A stretch of 64,000 nucleotides of DNA from Actinomycetes bacterium (lineage in GTDB: Bacteria > Actinomycetota > Humimicrobiia > Humimicrobiales > Humimicrobiaceae): NCBI GenBank assembly GCA_022396035.1, contig JAIOXO010000007.1:2473-66472 (forward strand), in the 5' to 3' direction. The notes beneath the pieces were generated by a model, which was not told the origin of the DNA, searched no databases, and worked only from the letters and a program-made list of their open reading frames with translations. Shown one piece after another: positions 1-11,100 of the stretch (the first letter of the stretch is position 1; each line of letters begins with the position of its first letter). The position numbers and the translations under genes were made by a program.

Positions 1-78
1 GGTAATTGCCCTTATGGCAGCATTCATGCCGCTGGCATCTCCTCCACTGGTTAAAAGAGCTATTCTTTTCTTAGCCAA
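1..78 (-). CDS. pfkA: 6-phosphofructokinase, N-terminal fragment (runs off window edge)
   Basis: Manual translation from TTG at 78: MAKKRIALLTSGGDASGMNAAIRAIT, the PfkA N-terminal TSGGD-x-GMNAAIR motif. Confidence 0.9.
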   Translation of the reverse strand, partial: MAKKRIALLTSGGDASGMNAAIRAIT

Positions 79-86
79 AACTAGTA

Positions 87-704
87 CTACCTCCTTCTAT
101 CTTCTAACTGGTCATAAATATCCCGGGGACTGATACCCTTTTCCGCCATCAGCACCAGCATGTGGTAAACCAGATCAGATATTTCATAGACCACATCCTC
201 TTTTTTCTGGTGCTTGGCTGCCAGAATAACCTCGATGCATTCTTCCCCTACTTTTTTTAGTATCTGATCCAGGCCTTTCTGATGCAGGGAATAAGTATAG
301 GAATCCGGCTGCTTCTTATCTATCCTGTCGGTTATTACCCGGTACACCTGATCCACTACAGTTTCTGCAGATCCCTGCTTAAAATTAAGATTAACCTGAT
401 TGCTGTCTTCCAGCTTTCTGTAAAAACAACTCATATTGCCGGTATGGCAGGCATGGCCCTTCTGCTCCACCAGAAACAACAAAGCATCCATATCGCAATC
501 ATACCTTATCTCTTTTATATACTGGTAGTTTCCCGAGGTGCTGCCCTTATTCCATAACTGGTTTCTGCTTCTGCTCCAGAACCAGGTGGTTTGGGTCTCT
601 ATGCTTTTCTGAAGCGATTCACGGTTAACATAGGCCAGCATAAGCACCTGTTTGCTCTTATAGTCCTGTACAATAGCGGGCAAAAGCCCTGTTTTATCTT
701 CCAT
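87..704 (-). CDS. hisIE: Bifunctional phosphoribosyl-AMP cyclohydrolase / phosphoribosyl-ATP pyrophosphatase
   Basis: SRSR..LW.KG.TSG, DCD.D, ACHTG..SCF and KKVGEE motifs; last gene of his operon. Confidence 0.96.
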   Translation of the reverse strand: MEDKTGLLPAIVQDYKSKQVLMLAYVNRESLQKSIETQTTWFWSRSRNQLWNKGSTSGNYQYIKEIRYDCDMDALLFLVEQKGHACHTGNMSCFYRKLEDSNQVNLNFKQGSAETVVDQVYRVITDRIDKKQPDSYTYSLHQKGLDQILKKVGEECIEVILAAKHQKKEDVVYEISDLVYHMLVLMAEKGISPRDIYDQLEDRRR

Positions 705-705
705 A

Positions 706-1461
706 TTAAATCCTTACATTAATTCCCTGTGATTTTAAATACTGCTTGGCTTCCCTTACCGAATACTGTCCGTAGTGAAAAATAGAAGCCACCAATACCG
801 CATCGGCGTCTGCTTCCTCTATTACCTGTTTTAAATGTTCCAGCTTACCTGCTCCTCCGGAAGCTATCACCGGTATATTAACCGCTGAAGTAACCGCTGC
901 AGTAAGGGGTATATCGTAACCATCCTTGGTGCCATCCTTATCCATGCTGGTAAGCAGTATTTCCCCTGCACCCAGCTTCTCTACCTTTTTGGCCCATTCC
1001 ACCGCATCCAGGCCGGTAGGTGTCCTTCCCCCATGGGTATAAACTTCCCAGCCCTGTTCGCCGGCCTTGGCATCAATAGCTACCACTATGCACTGGCTGC
1101 CAAAAATTCTGGCTGCCTTACTGATAAGGCTGCTGTCATTAACCGCCGCCGTATTGATGGATACCTTATCTGCCCCTTTTTTAAGGATCTCCCGTATATC
1201 CTCTATCCCGCTTATCCCCCCGCCGATAGTATAGGGGATAAATACCTTCTGGGCTGCCTTGGAAGCCAGCTCAATTACAGTTTTTCTCTTCTCATGGGAA
1301 GCGGTTATATCCAGAAAAACCACCTCATCTGCCCCTTCCCGGTCATAAAAAGCAGCCAGCTCTACCGGATCGCCTGCATCCTTTAGATTTACAAATTCTA
1401 CACCTTTAACTACTCTGCCCTGATTTACATCAAGACAGGGTATTATCCTTTTGGTTATCAT
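706..1461 (-). CDS. hisF: Imidazole glycerol phosphate synthase cyclase subunit
   Basis: [25 protein letters not shown] motifs. Confidence 0.97.
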   Translation of the reverse strand: MITKRIIPCLDVNQGRVVKGVEFVNLKDAGDPVELAAFYDREGADEVVFLDITASHEKRKTVIELASKAAQKVFIPYTIGGGISGIEDIREILKKGADKVSINTAAVNDSSLISKAARIFGSQCIVVAIDAKAGEQGWEVYTHGGRTPTGLDAVEWAKKVEKLGAGEILLTSMDKDGTKDGYDIPLTAAVTSAVNIPVIASGGAGKLEHLKQVIEEADADAVLVASIFHYGQYSVREAKQYLKSQGINVRI

Positions 1462-2180
1462 TGCCCAGCCTCCCTTATGGCCTGCTTTAAATCAATTTTT
1501 CCTTCATAGATAGCTTTACCGGTTATGGCCCCTGCCACTCCCAGCTGCCTGAGTTCCCTTATGTCCTCCATGCTGGATACTCCCCCGGCAACAATTAAAT
1601 TCAAACCGGTGGTCTCCATTATGGATTTGATTAGGTCCCTGTTAATGCCTTTTAGCATTCCGTCCCTGCTTACATCGGTAACAATAACATGGCTTATGCC
1701 CAGACTGTAAATCTTCTGGCCAAAACTGAATATGTTCAGCCCCGAATCCTGCTGCCACCCTTTGGTTAAGATTCTGCCCTGGCTGTCAAAATCAAGGCTC
1801 AGGCAAATCCTTTCTTCAAACTGGCGGCTGGCTTCCTCCAAAAAATCTATATCCTCTATGGCCCTGGTACCCAGAATAGCTCTGTCAATCCCTGCCTCCA
1901 GAACCTGTTCAAGAGTGGAAAAATCTCTTATACCTCCGCCCATCTGCACCCATACACCAGTAATTTGCTTTATAGCTGCAGCCACCTCCAGGTTCTGAAT
2001 ATTTCCTGTCCTGGCTCCATCCAGATCTATTATATGTATCCAGCTGGCTCCCGCCTGCTTCAGGCTCAAAGCCACCTTAACCGGATCCCGGTCATAGATC
2101 TTCTTGGTATCAAACTTACCCCGGCTGAGCCTTACACAGGCTCCTCCTATAAGGTCAATGGCCGGTATTACCAGCATCAC
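1458..2180 (-). CDS. hisA: ProFAR isomerase
   Basis: [33 protein letters not shown] motifs. Confidence 0.96.
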   Translation of the reverse strand: MMLVIPAIDLIGGACVRLSRGKFDTKKIYDRDPVKVALSLKQAGASWIHIIDLDGARTGNIQNLEVAAAIKQITGVWVQMGGGIRDFSTLEQVLEAGIDRAILGTRAIEDIDFLEEASRQFEERICLSLDFDSQGRILTKGWQQDSGLNIFSFGQKIYSLGISHVIVTDVSRDGMLKGINRDLIKSIMETTGLNLIVAGGVSSMEDIRELRQLGVAGAITGKAIYEGKIDLKQAIREAGQ

Positions 2181-2791
2181 TGCTCCCTGACGGTTAATTT
2201 TATAAAATTCTCTAAAATCCTGAGGCCAGCGGTGGAACTCTTCTCCGGATGAAACTGAAAAGCATAAGCCAACCCCTGGTTTATACCGGCTACAATATCA
2301 ATCCCGTGGTTGGTAGTACTGGAAATTATGGTCCTGTCATGCGGAGCCACATGATAGGAGTGAACAAAATAAAAATGCTGGCCGCTTTCTATGCCTTCAA
2401 ACAAAGGATTGGGCTTAACAATATTTATAAGGTTCCAACCCATATGGGGAACCTTCTGTATGGCCGGAATTCTTTCCACCACACCCTTAAATACTCCCAG
2501 TCCCCTAGTCTTTCCGTCCTCCATGCTGTATTCAAACAGCAGCTGGAAACCCAGACATATCCCCAGAAAAGGCTTCCTGCCCATCAGGTCCCTGATGGTG
2601 TCCTTAAGCCCCAGACGGGTCAGGCTGTTCATAGCATCCGAAAAAGCTCCCACGCCGGGAAGCACCACTCCAGCCGCCTTATTGATAACTGCAATATCAG
2701 AGGTCACCCTGACCTCTGCCCCCTGTCTTTTCAGGGCATTTTTAACACTACTTATATTGCCCATATTGTAATCTATAATAGCTATATACAT
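2177..2791 (-). CDS. hisH: IGP synthase glutamine amidotransferase subunit
   Basis: LPGVG, GICLG, FVHSY, QFHPEKS motifs. Confidence 0.97.
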   Translation of the reverse strand: MYIAIIDYNMGNISSVKNALKRQGAEVRVTSDIAVINKAAGVVLPGVGAFSDAMNSLTRLGLKDTIRDLMGRKPFLGICLGFQLLFEYSMEDGKTRGLGVFKGVVERIPAIQKVPHMGWNLINIVKPNPLFEGIESGQHFYFVHSYHVAPHDRTIISSTTNHGIDIVAGINQGLAYAFQFHPEKSSTAGLRILENFIKLTVREQ

Positions 2792-2813
2792 AATTATTCC
2801 CTGCCTGAAGTGA

Positions 2814-3404
2814 TTAAAGGATACCTTTGGTGGAGGGGATATCCGTGCCTTCTATCCTGGTAGCCTGGTGAAGGGTTATACCCACCGCTTTAAATACTGC
2901 TTCTATAATATGGTGAGAATTTATACCAGAATTTTTGGTTATATGCAGATTAAAACCGCCATTGGAGATCATCGCCCTGAAGAAATCCTCGGTCACTGAA
3001 GTATTAAAGCCCTGAATATCTTCAGCAGCCATATCCACATCAAACCTTAAATAAGGCCTCCCGCCCAAATCTACAGCCACCGTAACCCGGGCATCATCCA
3101 TACAGATTATAGTGTGGGCAAACCTTTTTATGCCCTGTTTCTGAGCCAGGCATTCCTTTAAAGCCAGCCCCAGACAGATTCCAGTGTCCTCAACAAGGTG
3201 ATGTGAGCCTACCTCCAGATCCCCGGCAGCTTCCAACTGCAAACCAAACCGGCCATGCTTGCACCAGCTGCCAAGCATATGATCAAAAAAGGGCAAACCG
3301 GTATCAATACTGGTTTCATCCCTTTTATCCAGATCAAGCCTCAGTTTAATATTAGTTTCCAGAGTTTTTCGATTAATCTGGCTGCTACGGCTTTGATTTT
3401 CCAT
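2814..3404 (-). CDS. hisB: Imidazoleglycerol-phosphate dehydratase
   Basis: R.T.ET, FFDHML, HHLVED, HHIIEAVFKA, PSTKG motifs. Confidence 0.96.
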   Translation of the reverse strand: MENQSRSSQINRKTLETNIKLRLDLDKRDETSIDTGLPFFDHMLGSWCKHGRFGLQLEAAGDLEVGSHHLVEDTGICLGLALKECLAQKQGIKRFAHTIICMDDARVTVAVDLGGRPYLRFDVDMAAEDIQGFNTSVTEDFFRAMISNGGFNLHITKNSGINSHHIIEAVFKAVGITLHQATRIEGTDIPSTKGIL

Positions 3405-4050
3405 CTATTACCTTACCTATTCTTTCCGTAAACTCATTTATTTCCTCATATTTTACCCGGTAGCTCACCATATTGGCAACCAGTCTGGTGGTAGAAACCA
3501 TAATGGTTTCCATCTCGACCAGGTCATTTTCCTTCAAAGTCTGTCCGGTGGCAGTAATATCTACTATCTCTTCGGCAATTCCCAGAATGGGTCCCAGTTC
3601 TACCGAACCATGCAGTTTAATTATCTCCGCCTGCATACCCTTCCGGTCAAAAAACTTTTTAGCCACATGGGGATACTTGGTAGCAATCCTTATGGAGCCA
3701 AAATGTTCATAATGGCTCTTTACTTCTTCTACGCAGTCCTTCCTGGTGGCCACAATAAGCCTGCAGGTTCCTGTTCCCACATCCAGAAGCTCATAAACAT
3801 TGCTCTCCTTTTCTGCCAGCACATCTTTGCCTACAAAACCCAGATCACAGGCCCCGTATTCAACATAAACCGGTACATCCATGGGTCGGGCAATCACATA
3901 CTTTATATCCCTTTGGGGAGAATAAACAAAAAGCTTGCGGTTATCTTTCAGCAGGTTGCTGACATCATATCCGGCATCCCCCATAAGCTGTATGCAGTCC
4001 TTTTTTAAATACCCTTTGGGTATGGCTATGTTAAGTGTTGGTTTTTTCAT
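3385..4050 (-). CDS. hisG: ATP phosphoribosyltransferase, short form
   Basis: AIPKG, ATKYP, LHGSVEL, IVDITATG.TL.EN motifs; 221 aa, adjacent to hisZ. Confidence 0.96.
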   Translation of the reverse strand: MKKPTLNIAIPKGYLKKDCIQLMGDAGYDVSNLLKDNRKLFVYSPQRDIKYVIARPMDVPVYVEYGACDLGFVGKDVLAEKESNVYELLDVGTGTCRLIVATRKDCVEEVKSHYEHFGSIRIATKYPHVAKKFFDRKGMQAEIIKLHGSVELGPILGIAEEIVDITATGQTLKENDLVEMETIMVSTTRLVANMVSYRVKYEEINEFTERIGKVIDGKSKP

Positions 4051-5314
4051 GTATATATTTTAAAAATTTATCAGTTTCCATTTCAAATTTTCGGCCGCTG
4101 CCTACTTCTACCGCCTCAACCTTCTGCAGGTCTTCTGAACAGATGCAGGCTAAATCCATATCCCTGGACCGGGCTTCAGCCCCAGCTTCCCTGTCCTTGC
4201 CCCAGAAGAGTTCCACGCAGGCTCCGCTTTTCCTCATCTTATCCGATAACTGCACAAAAGCGGCATAATCATGCACTTTCCCTGCCAGCAATACCCTGTA
4301 ATCATCCATGTACGGCAGCAGTATACTGCTGTCCATGGATTTGTGCAGCATATCCAGATCAAGGGCAAAACCGGTGGCGGCAACCCCCATGCCAAATTTC
4401 TTAATCAGCCTGTCATAGCGTCCCCCGTTACCCAATAGATCAGTGGTAACTGCAGAATACACCTCAAAAAGCAGGCCGGAATAATAATCAAACTCCCTCA
4501 ATATGCTCAAATCTACTAACAATTTATGGCCATATCCCATCTGCTCCAGCACCTTATAAACCTTTTCCAGATAATTCAGGCCCCTGTCAGCTTTACCCAG
4601 ATTTACCTGGGCCAGTGCCTGTTTGAGATGTTCCAGATTCTGCTGTGGTTTTATAAGGGACATAAAAACCCGGGTTTTATGTTTATCTTTTTGGCCCAGA
4701 AACTGGTTTATGACCACAAAGTTTTTCTTAACCAGACTTTCCTTTATAAACCGGCTGTCCTTCTGGTTCAGCCCAAACCATTCACACAGCCCCTCAATAA
4801 TCTGCACCTGGCCCAGGCCTATTTTGTAATCCCTGAACCCCAGTTCCCTCAAAACATGGTTAAGTATGGTCAGTATTTCCACATCAGCAGTAAAACTATC
4901 ATTGCCTATAAGCTCCAGGCCTGCCTGGCTGTAAACCCTTTTAACCCCTTCCTGCAGCGCTGACTGCCTGAAGGAGTTGGCAAAATAGCAGAAACGTGCC
5001 GGAAGCTGATTTTTCTTTATCCTCATGCCGGTCAGTCTGGCTATGGGTATAGTCATATCCGTACGCAAAGATACCAGGCTGCCGTCTATATCAAAAAAAT
5101 TAATAAGCTTGTTGGACCACTTGCTTCCCACCCCTGTAGAGATGTTTTTGGTATATTCCACTACCGGGGTCTTTACTTCTCCATAACCCCACTGCCTGAA
5201 CTGGCGGCTTATTATATCTCCAATCACCTTACGTTCCCTGCACTCCAGGGGAAATATATCCCTGAAACCGTAGGGAAGCTTTACCATCAGGTTTTCACTT
5301 TCAGATTCAAACAT
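4031..5314 (-). CDS. hisZ: ATP phosphoribosyltransferase regulatory subunit
   Basis: HisRS-like fold (LRTDMTIPIAR, Q.G.EL, YYSG..F, GGRYD.L) next to short hisG; start uncertain (5323 or 5314). Confidence 0.92.
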   Translation of the reverse strand: MFESESENLMVKLPYGFRDIFPLECRERKVIGDIISRQFRQWGYGEVKTPVVEYTKNISTGVGSKWSNKLINFFDIDGSLVSLRTDMTIPIARLTGMRIKKNQLPARFCYFANSFRQSALQEGVKRVYSQAGLELIGNDSFTADVEILTILNHVLRELGFRDYKIGLGQVQIIEGLCEWFGLNQKDSRFIKESLVKKNFVVINQFLGQKDKHKTRVFMSLIKPQQNLEHLKQALAQVNLGKADRGLNYLEKVYKVLEQMGYGHKLLVDLSILREFDYYSGLLFEVYSAVTTDLLGNGGRYDRLIKKFGMGVAATGFALDLDMLHKSMDSSILLPYMDDYRVLLAGKVHDYAAFVQLSDKMRKSGACVELFWGKDREAGAEARSRDMDLACICSEDLQKVEAVEVGSGRKFEMETDKFLKYIHEKTNT

Positions 5315-5377
5315 TATTACCAAAAATTTTTTTAATATAAGTTTTGAATAATATTATATTTTACCCTAAAAGTAAAA

Positions 5378-7000
5378 TTAAAGGGATGCCAGGCGCTGCT
5401 CTTCGGTTAAAATTTCTCCCTTAGAGCCAACCGCAACATTGGCTCCATTTACAAAAACAGTCCTGACCTTGCCGCTGGCCGCCTTCATACCATGCAGATG
5501 GGGAGCATCCATGACCCCCCTTCCAATAGCCTCTGCTATTATAGCAGGGGCTGTCAGGGGGTCCTGGTATCTGTTCTGTTTATCCAGTTTCCTGATTTTT
5601 TCCAATATAAGTTCAGCTTCAGCTATTAACTGCTGTTTGCGGCTCTGCACCCTGTCATCATTTTTCATATCCGGACATCCCGCCAGGCAATTGGTTATGG
5701 CTTTTCTGGCAATTTTGGACGATTCAATAATATCCTCCGTTTTAGCAGCATGATTGGCCTCACAATAGGCCACTACATGAACAATATGCGGGTTCAGCTG
5801 CATCTGAAGCATGGTAGAAGTGGCCAGCTGTGCCTTGCCCTCATCATAATCAGCGGGGTAACTGTACAGCCCGGCCCTGGTCTGCCTCAGACTGGTAAAC
5901 CTCTCATCATGCAGCTGCTCAATCATCTGAACCTTGGCCAGCATTTTGCCCAGATCCATGGTAAATGAAGTTTCTGGAGGAGTGTTAAACATATACTGGG
6001 AGACATAAACCCTAACCCCCATTTTTTTTGCATTATAGGCAGCCAGATAAGCAGCAGCTACCGCCACCGAATCCGGTGAATATCTAAGGCTCCAGTGATG
6101 GGATTCATTTACCTCTACCGGTATATCCCGCTGGCCATGCCAGGCCATAACCTTCTGGTTTTCCTCAATAGCCTGCTGCAGCTTTCTATGACTGCGATTA
6201 TCCAGCTCATTATACCAGCACAGAGGAACAGCGCACCAGGCATTATTTATAGTATCCTTAAGTACCTGGGCCATCCTCAGAATATCATTGGTGCCGCTGT
6301 AACATCTCATAATAGGATAATTGCCCCGCCTGGTAGCCTCGAAAAGCCTTCTGAAATCCTGCTCCGATCTTACCGGAACCCCACCGGCACCATCCTGGCT
6401 GTGGTCCATTTCTTCCGGATGAAAAAAGTACTCCTGGGTATTCTGGTCCGGTCCTATGGATACCACATCGATGACTCCGCTTTCAGCCAGTTTGTTTATC
6501 CCCTCTATGGTATCCTCCAGATCAGGCTGGCCAAAATGGTGTCTTATTACCGGAAAAGGCGATAAGAAGTCTATCCTGTCCACCAGATTCTGGGGTGGTT
6601 TTACCTGCTCTTCGGTTATCTCTCCCTGCTTGAGGTATGACACCACCTGATCCCTGGTTTCCTCTCCGGTAAACATAACATCAAAAATATTTAAATCCCT
6701 GGCAGCCTCGGTCACCGGCCTGGTGCCCCCCAGGATAAAGGATATACTATCCCTGTATTTGCCTGCTACCTGTTTATCAAACTGCTCTAAAAGTAACCGG
6801 GCATTATCCGGGGATAAACGGTAACTTACTGCTACAATATCCGGTTTATATTCTTCTATGGCCTCGATAATTTGTTCAAACTTGCAGGCCGGCCCCAAAA
6901 ACCTGGTCTGGTACCCGTATTGTTGGGCCAGGTTTAAAAAATTAATCACCCCGGCAACATGCACGCAACTGCCTATGCTGGCACCCAGTATTTTCTTCAT
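5378..7000 (-). CDS. Cobalamin-binding protein: N-terminal B12-binding domain fused to a glutamate-mutase-epsilon-like TIM barrel; function unknown
   Basis: N-terminal CVHVAG...LG...VAVSY...LGG matches the base-off DxHxxG/SxL/GG B12 motif; the remainder resembles GlmE by eye (YPAD, CEA, EAELIL, GVMDAP segments). Confidence 0.75.
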   Translation of the reverse strand: MKKILGASIGSCVHVAGVINFLNLAQQYGYQTRFLGPACKFEQIIEAIEEYKPDIVAVSYRLSPDNARLLLEQFDKQVAGKYRDSISFILGGTRPVTEAARDLNIFDVMFTGEETRDQVVSYLKQGEITEEQVKPPQNLVDRIDFLSPFPVIRHHFGQPDLEDTIEGINKLAESGVIDVVSIGPDQNTQEYFFHPEEMDHSQDGAGGVPVRSEQDFRRLFEATRRGNYPIMRCYSGTNDILRMAQVLKDTINNAWCAVPLCWYNELDNRSHRKLQQAIEENQKVMAWHGQRDIPVEVNESHHWSLRYSPDSVAVAAAYLAAYNAKKMGVRVYVSQYMFNTPPETSFTMDLGKMLAKVQMIEQLHDERFTSLRQTRAGLYSYPADYDEGKAQLATSTMLQMQLNPHIVHVVAYCEANHAAKTEDIIESSKIARKAITNCLAGCPDMKNDDRVQSRKQQLIAEAELILEKIRKLDKQNRYQDPLTAPAIIAEAIGRGVMDAPHLHGMKAASGKVRTVFVNGANVAVGSKGEILTEEQRLASL

Positions 7001-7005
7001 AAAAT

Positions 7006-8106
7006 TTACTCCTGTAACTCTCCCTTTGTTAATTTTTGTTTAATCTGCGCCATATCCAGCCCTTCCAGCCCCAGGGTAGACAGGTTACGGCCTGCCTTCC
7101 GGAAATCTTTCTTAAAAATGGAATCAGCAATATTGATAAGAGAGTCAATTATGGGCGTTTTTACCCCCAGTATCTTACCGAATTCAGATATGGGAACCAG
7201 GCTCATGGGGACATCTTCGGTAATATACCTTACATTGGTAGTTCTGGGAGCCATGATGCCCACGTATCCGGGATTGCTGTGTATGGCATCAAACAGATTG
7301 TCCTCTACCACATTATAGGCCATGCCCAGCCAGTCAATAGCCGAATAGACATTGGGACAATTAAGTTTATGGGCTACCTTGACCCTCTCTTCATCCACAG
7401 CTTCCAGAATGGAAGCCACCGACTGGGTAACCCCTTCTATATAGAACTGGAAATTTCCCAGCGTAGATTCAATCCGGGAGGCATTTAAAATAGTTATGGC
7501 TGGATGAAATACTGCCCCCATATTATTAAAGGAAGTTTCCACTACATTGCTGGCGGGGATAAACTCTTTAAAAGCCTGATTAAGCTTCTTTAAAACCATT
7601 GCGGTAGCACTGGAAGGTATGGCCGCTACCGGTATGGCCTGTTTTATCCTGAAAATCCTGGCAGTAGCCGGACCCATGCCCCTACTGGCATAAATAAAGG
7701 TCTGGGCTTCTGCTACAATTACTTTCCGGTTATTGTCATGGGCTCTCAAGGCATTTAGAAACTCCAGTGCTCCACAGGTTCTTCCAGGGTTTAAAACCAC
7801 AATTTGCCCATCCTCCAAATAGGGCGCGCACCTCTGGGCAATAGAAGCATGGGCATTGGCCGGAACCACTACCATTATAACATCCGCGCCCTTTATTACT
7901 TTGTCTATCCTATTGGAAGATAGCTTCAGCTTGCCGAAACCGCTGACCTCACCTTCCAGCTCGATACCCTTTAACTTTATAATTGGTTTTATACGTACCA
8001 AAGTACGGTTATAAAGGTTTACATCAAAGCCTTTAATAGCCAGGTGGGCAGCAATAGCTTTACCACCATGGCCTGCCCCCACAACCGCGAATTTAAGGTC
8101 ATGCAA
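7006..8106 (-). CDS. NAD(P)-dependent opine (octopine/nopaline-family) dehydrogenase
   Basis: GAGHGG Rossmann motif, LNPGRT.G, N.GAVFHP, FY.EG, RYITEDVP motifs; likely TTG start at 8106 after AGGAG, overlapping the dnaE stop. Confidence 0.9.
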   Translation of the reverse strand: MHDLKFAVVGAGHGGKAIAAHLAIKGFDVNLYNRTLVRIKPIIKLKGIELEGEVSGFGKLKLSSNRIDKVIKGADVIMVVVPANAHASIAQRCAPYLEDGQIVVLNPGRTCGALEFLNALRAHDNNRKVIVAEAQTFIYASRGMGPATARIFRIKQAIPVAAIPSSATAMVLKKLNQAFKEFIPASNVVETSFNNMGAVFHPAITILNASRIESTLGNFQFYIEGVTQSVASILEAVDEERVKVAHKLNCPNVYSAIDWLGMAYNVVEDNLFDAIHSNPGYVGIMAPRTTNVRYITEDVPMSLVPISEFGKILGVKTPIIDSLINIADSIFKKDFRKAGRNLSTLGLEGLDMAQIKQKLTKGELQE

Positions 8107-11100
8107 AATTACTCCTTTCTTCGGTTGGCACTTCTTGCCAATGGACATTGTCACTAAAATTATCCTTTAGTTTATCTACAAATGAATGGTTAAAATCTAT
8201 ACAAAAATCATGGGGCAGATGGAATTTCTTTCTATGGCCGCCATTACCATTTTTTACCACCATAAGCTCAACTTTGGTTTGGCCCTGGTTATCCTTTAGC
8301 AGTTGATACAGTTTATCTATCAGGTCATGATTAAGTGACTGCTCTTCTATGGATAATATCACTTTCGCTGCTGGTTTTTTTACAGAAGCCTCCTGATTGT
8401 CGGAAGCTGTCTGAACAGGGACTGTATGGCTGTCCTCTCTTCCCAGCAAGCTTACTTCAGAAGCGATTATCTTAAACTGGTCTTCTTTCTTGTCCAGCCG
8501 GCCTGCTATCCTGACAATCTTCTCTTCAAGCAGGACATCCTTATTCTTTTCCAGAACATTGGGAAACACTATAATCTCTACACTTTCACTGATATCTTCC
8601 AGGGTAACAAACAGCATCTGCTTGTTGTTTTTGGTAAAAATAGATTTAATGCCGGCAATAATGCCTCCCACTTCAATATTGGTCTTATCCCTTAGATCGG
8701 CAAGCTGGTGTAATGGAGTCAAACTTCTTAAGGCCTGACTGAATTCCTTAAGAGGATGCCCGCTGATATATAAGCCCAGCATCTCCTTTTCAAAATTAAG
8801 CAGTTCCTTCTGGGCAAACTCTCCATATCCTGCAGCTTTTTCCATTAAACTGCCCAGCATAACATCCTCCTGCTGGCCTTCCTGGGAATCAAACAGGGAA
8901 AACTGCCCTGCCTGTCTGTCTTTTCTGACCTTCAGGGTTTCTTCTACAATCCTTTCATAATGCTCCAGAAGGAATTTGCGGCTGAGTTTAAGGGAATCAA
9001 AGGCACCACATTTAATAAGGCTTTCCAGTGTCTTTTTGTTTAGGGCAGCTGAGGTTATGCGCTGGCAGAAATCTATAAAATCTTCAAACTTTCCACCCTT
9101 TTTCCTCTCTTTTTCAATCTCTTCTATCACATTAGACCCCACATTTTTAATAGCAGAAAGACCAAACCTTATAGAATCTGTTACTACCGTAAAATCTGAA
9201 TAACTTTCATTAATATCCGGCGGCAGAACTTCTATCCCCAATCTCCTGGTTTCATTAACATACTGGGCTACCTTTTCCTGGCTGCCCATCCTTATGCTGA
9301 GCAGCGCAGCCATAAATTCCACCGGGTAATTGGCCTTCAGGTAGGCGGTCTGGTAAGAGATCATGGCATAAGCGGTACTGTGTGACTTATTGAAACCGTA
9401 TTCGGCAAAATGATTTATAAGCTCAAACACCTTTTGGGCCGTTTTTTCTTCAATTCCCTTACCTTTGGCCCCCTGAAGAAATTTGGTTTTTTGCCTGGCC
9501 AAAAGCTTGCGCTTTTTCTTGCTTATAGCACTACGCAGTATATCTGCCTCAGACATGGTAAACCCGGCCAGTTCACTGGCAATAGCCATTACCTGCTCCT
9601 GATACAAAATGATGCCATAGGTACTTTCCAGTATGGGCTTCAAGCTGGGATGGGGATAATTTATTTTCTTCCTGCCGTTTTTTGCTTCCACAAAATCAGA
9701 AACCATTCCACTCTGCAGCGGACCGGGGCGGTACAGGGCCAGCAGAGCCACCAGATCTTCAAAACGGCTGGGCTTCAAGTTTATTACCAGCTCCCTCATT
9801 CCCGAGCTTTCCAGCTGGAACACACCCAGACATTCGCCATCGCTTAACATCCTGAAAGTCTTTTTATCTTCCAGGTCCAGGGTATCAGTATCTATATCTA
9901 TGTTCTTGGTCTTGCTGATAAAAAACAGGGTTTTATCTATCAGGGACAGGGTTTTTAAACCCAGAAAATCCATCTTGAGCAGCCCAATCTCCTGCACATC
10001 TTCCATTTTATACTGGGTTACTATATCTTCATTTCCTTCCCTCTGTATGGGGGTGTAGTTAAAGAGATCCTGGGCGGAAATGACTACTCCCGCTGCATGT
10101 ATGGAGTCCTGCCTGCATATTCCTTCCAGGGAACTAGCAGTATCAATTACTTCCTTTATTGTTGCATCCTTTTCATACATCTCTTTTAAGTCTGCAACCT
10201 GATCCAGTGAATTCTGTATGGTTACATTAAGTTCCATGGGAATCATCTTGGCAATTTTATCCACCTCCGCATAAGGCACCTCCAGAACCCTTCCTGCATC
10301 CCTTATGGCCTGCCTGGCAGCCATGGTGCCAAAGGTTATGAGCTGGGCTACCCTGTTTTCCCCATATTTTTGGGTAACGTATTTTATAACCTCACTTCTC
10401 TTCTCATAGCAGAAGTCTATATCAATATCAGGCATACTTTTTCTTTCCTCGTTAAGGAACCTTTCAAAAAGAAGACCATATTTTAGGGGTTCAATATCGG
10501 TAATCTTTAACACATAGGAAACAATACTTCCCGCGGCCGATCCCCTGCCCGGGCCTACCCTGATATTGTTCTTTTTGGCAAACTGGACAAAATCCCATAC
10601 GATTAGAAAGTATTCAGAAAACCCCATTTTTTCAATTACCGACAGTTCCTTTTCCAGTCTCTGCTTAATTTCCGGGGTCAGCTCTCCATATCTATCCTCC
10701 GCTCCCTTATAGCAGATTTCTTTAAGGTAAGAGTCGGGGCTATGGGAAGAAGGTACCCTGTAGGGAGGAATTAAGCTTAACCCGAATTCCAGCTCCACAT
10801 TACATTTCTCTGCTATATCCAGTGTATTTTCAACAGCCTGGGGGTAGTGGCCAAGCTTTTTGAACATCTGCTGATAACTTTTAAAGTAAAATTCATTAGA
10901 TGAAAACTTCAACCTGTCAGTCTGGTTAATGGTGGAACCGGTCTGTATGCACAGCAATGCGTCATGTGCCCGGCTATGCTCCTGTTCCAGATAATGGACA
11001 TCATTGGTAGCCACCAGCGGCACCCCGTATTTCCTGGAAAAATCCACCAGCTGGGTGTTTACCTGCTCCTGTCCCGGAATCCCTGAATCCTGTACCTCCA

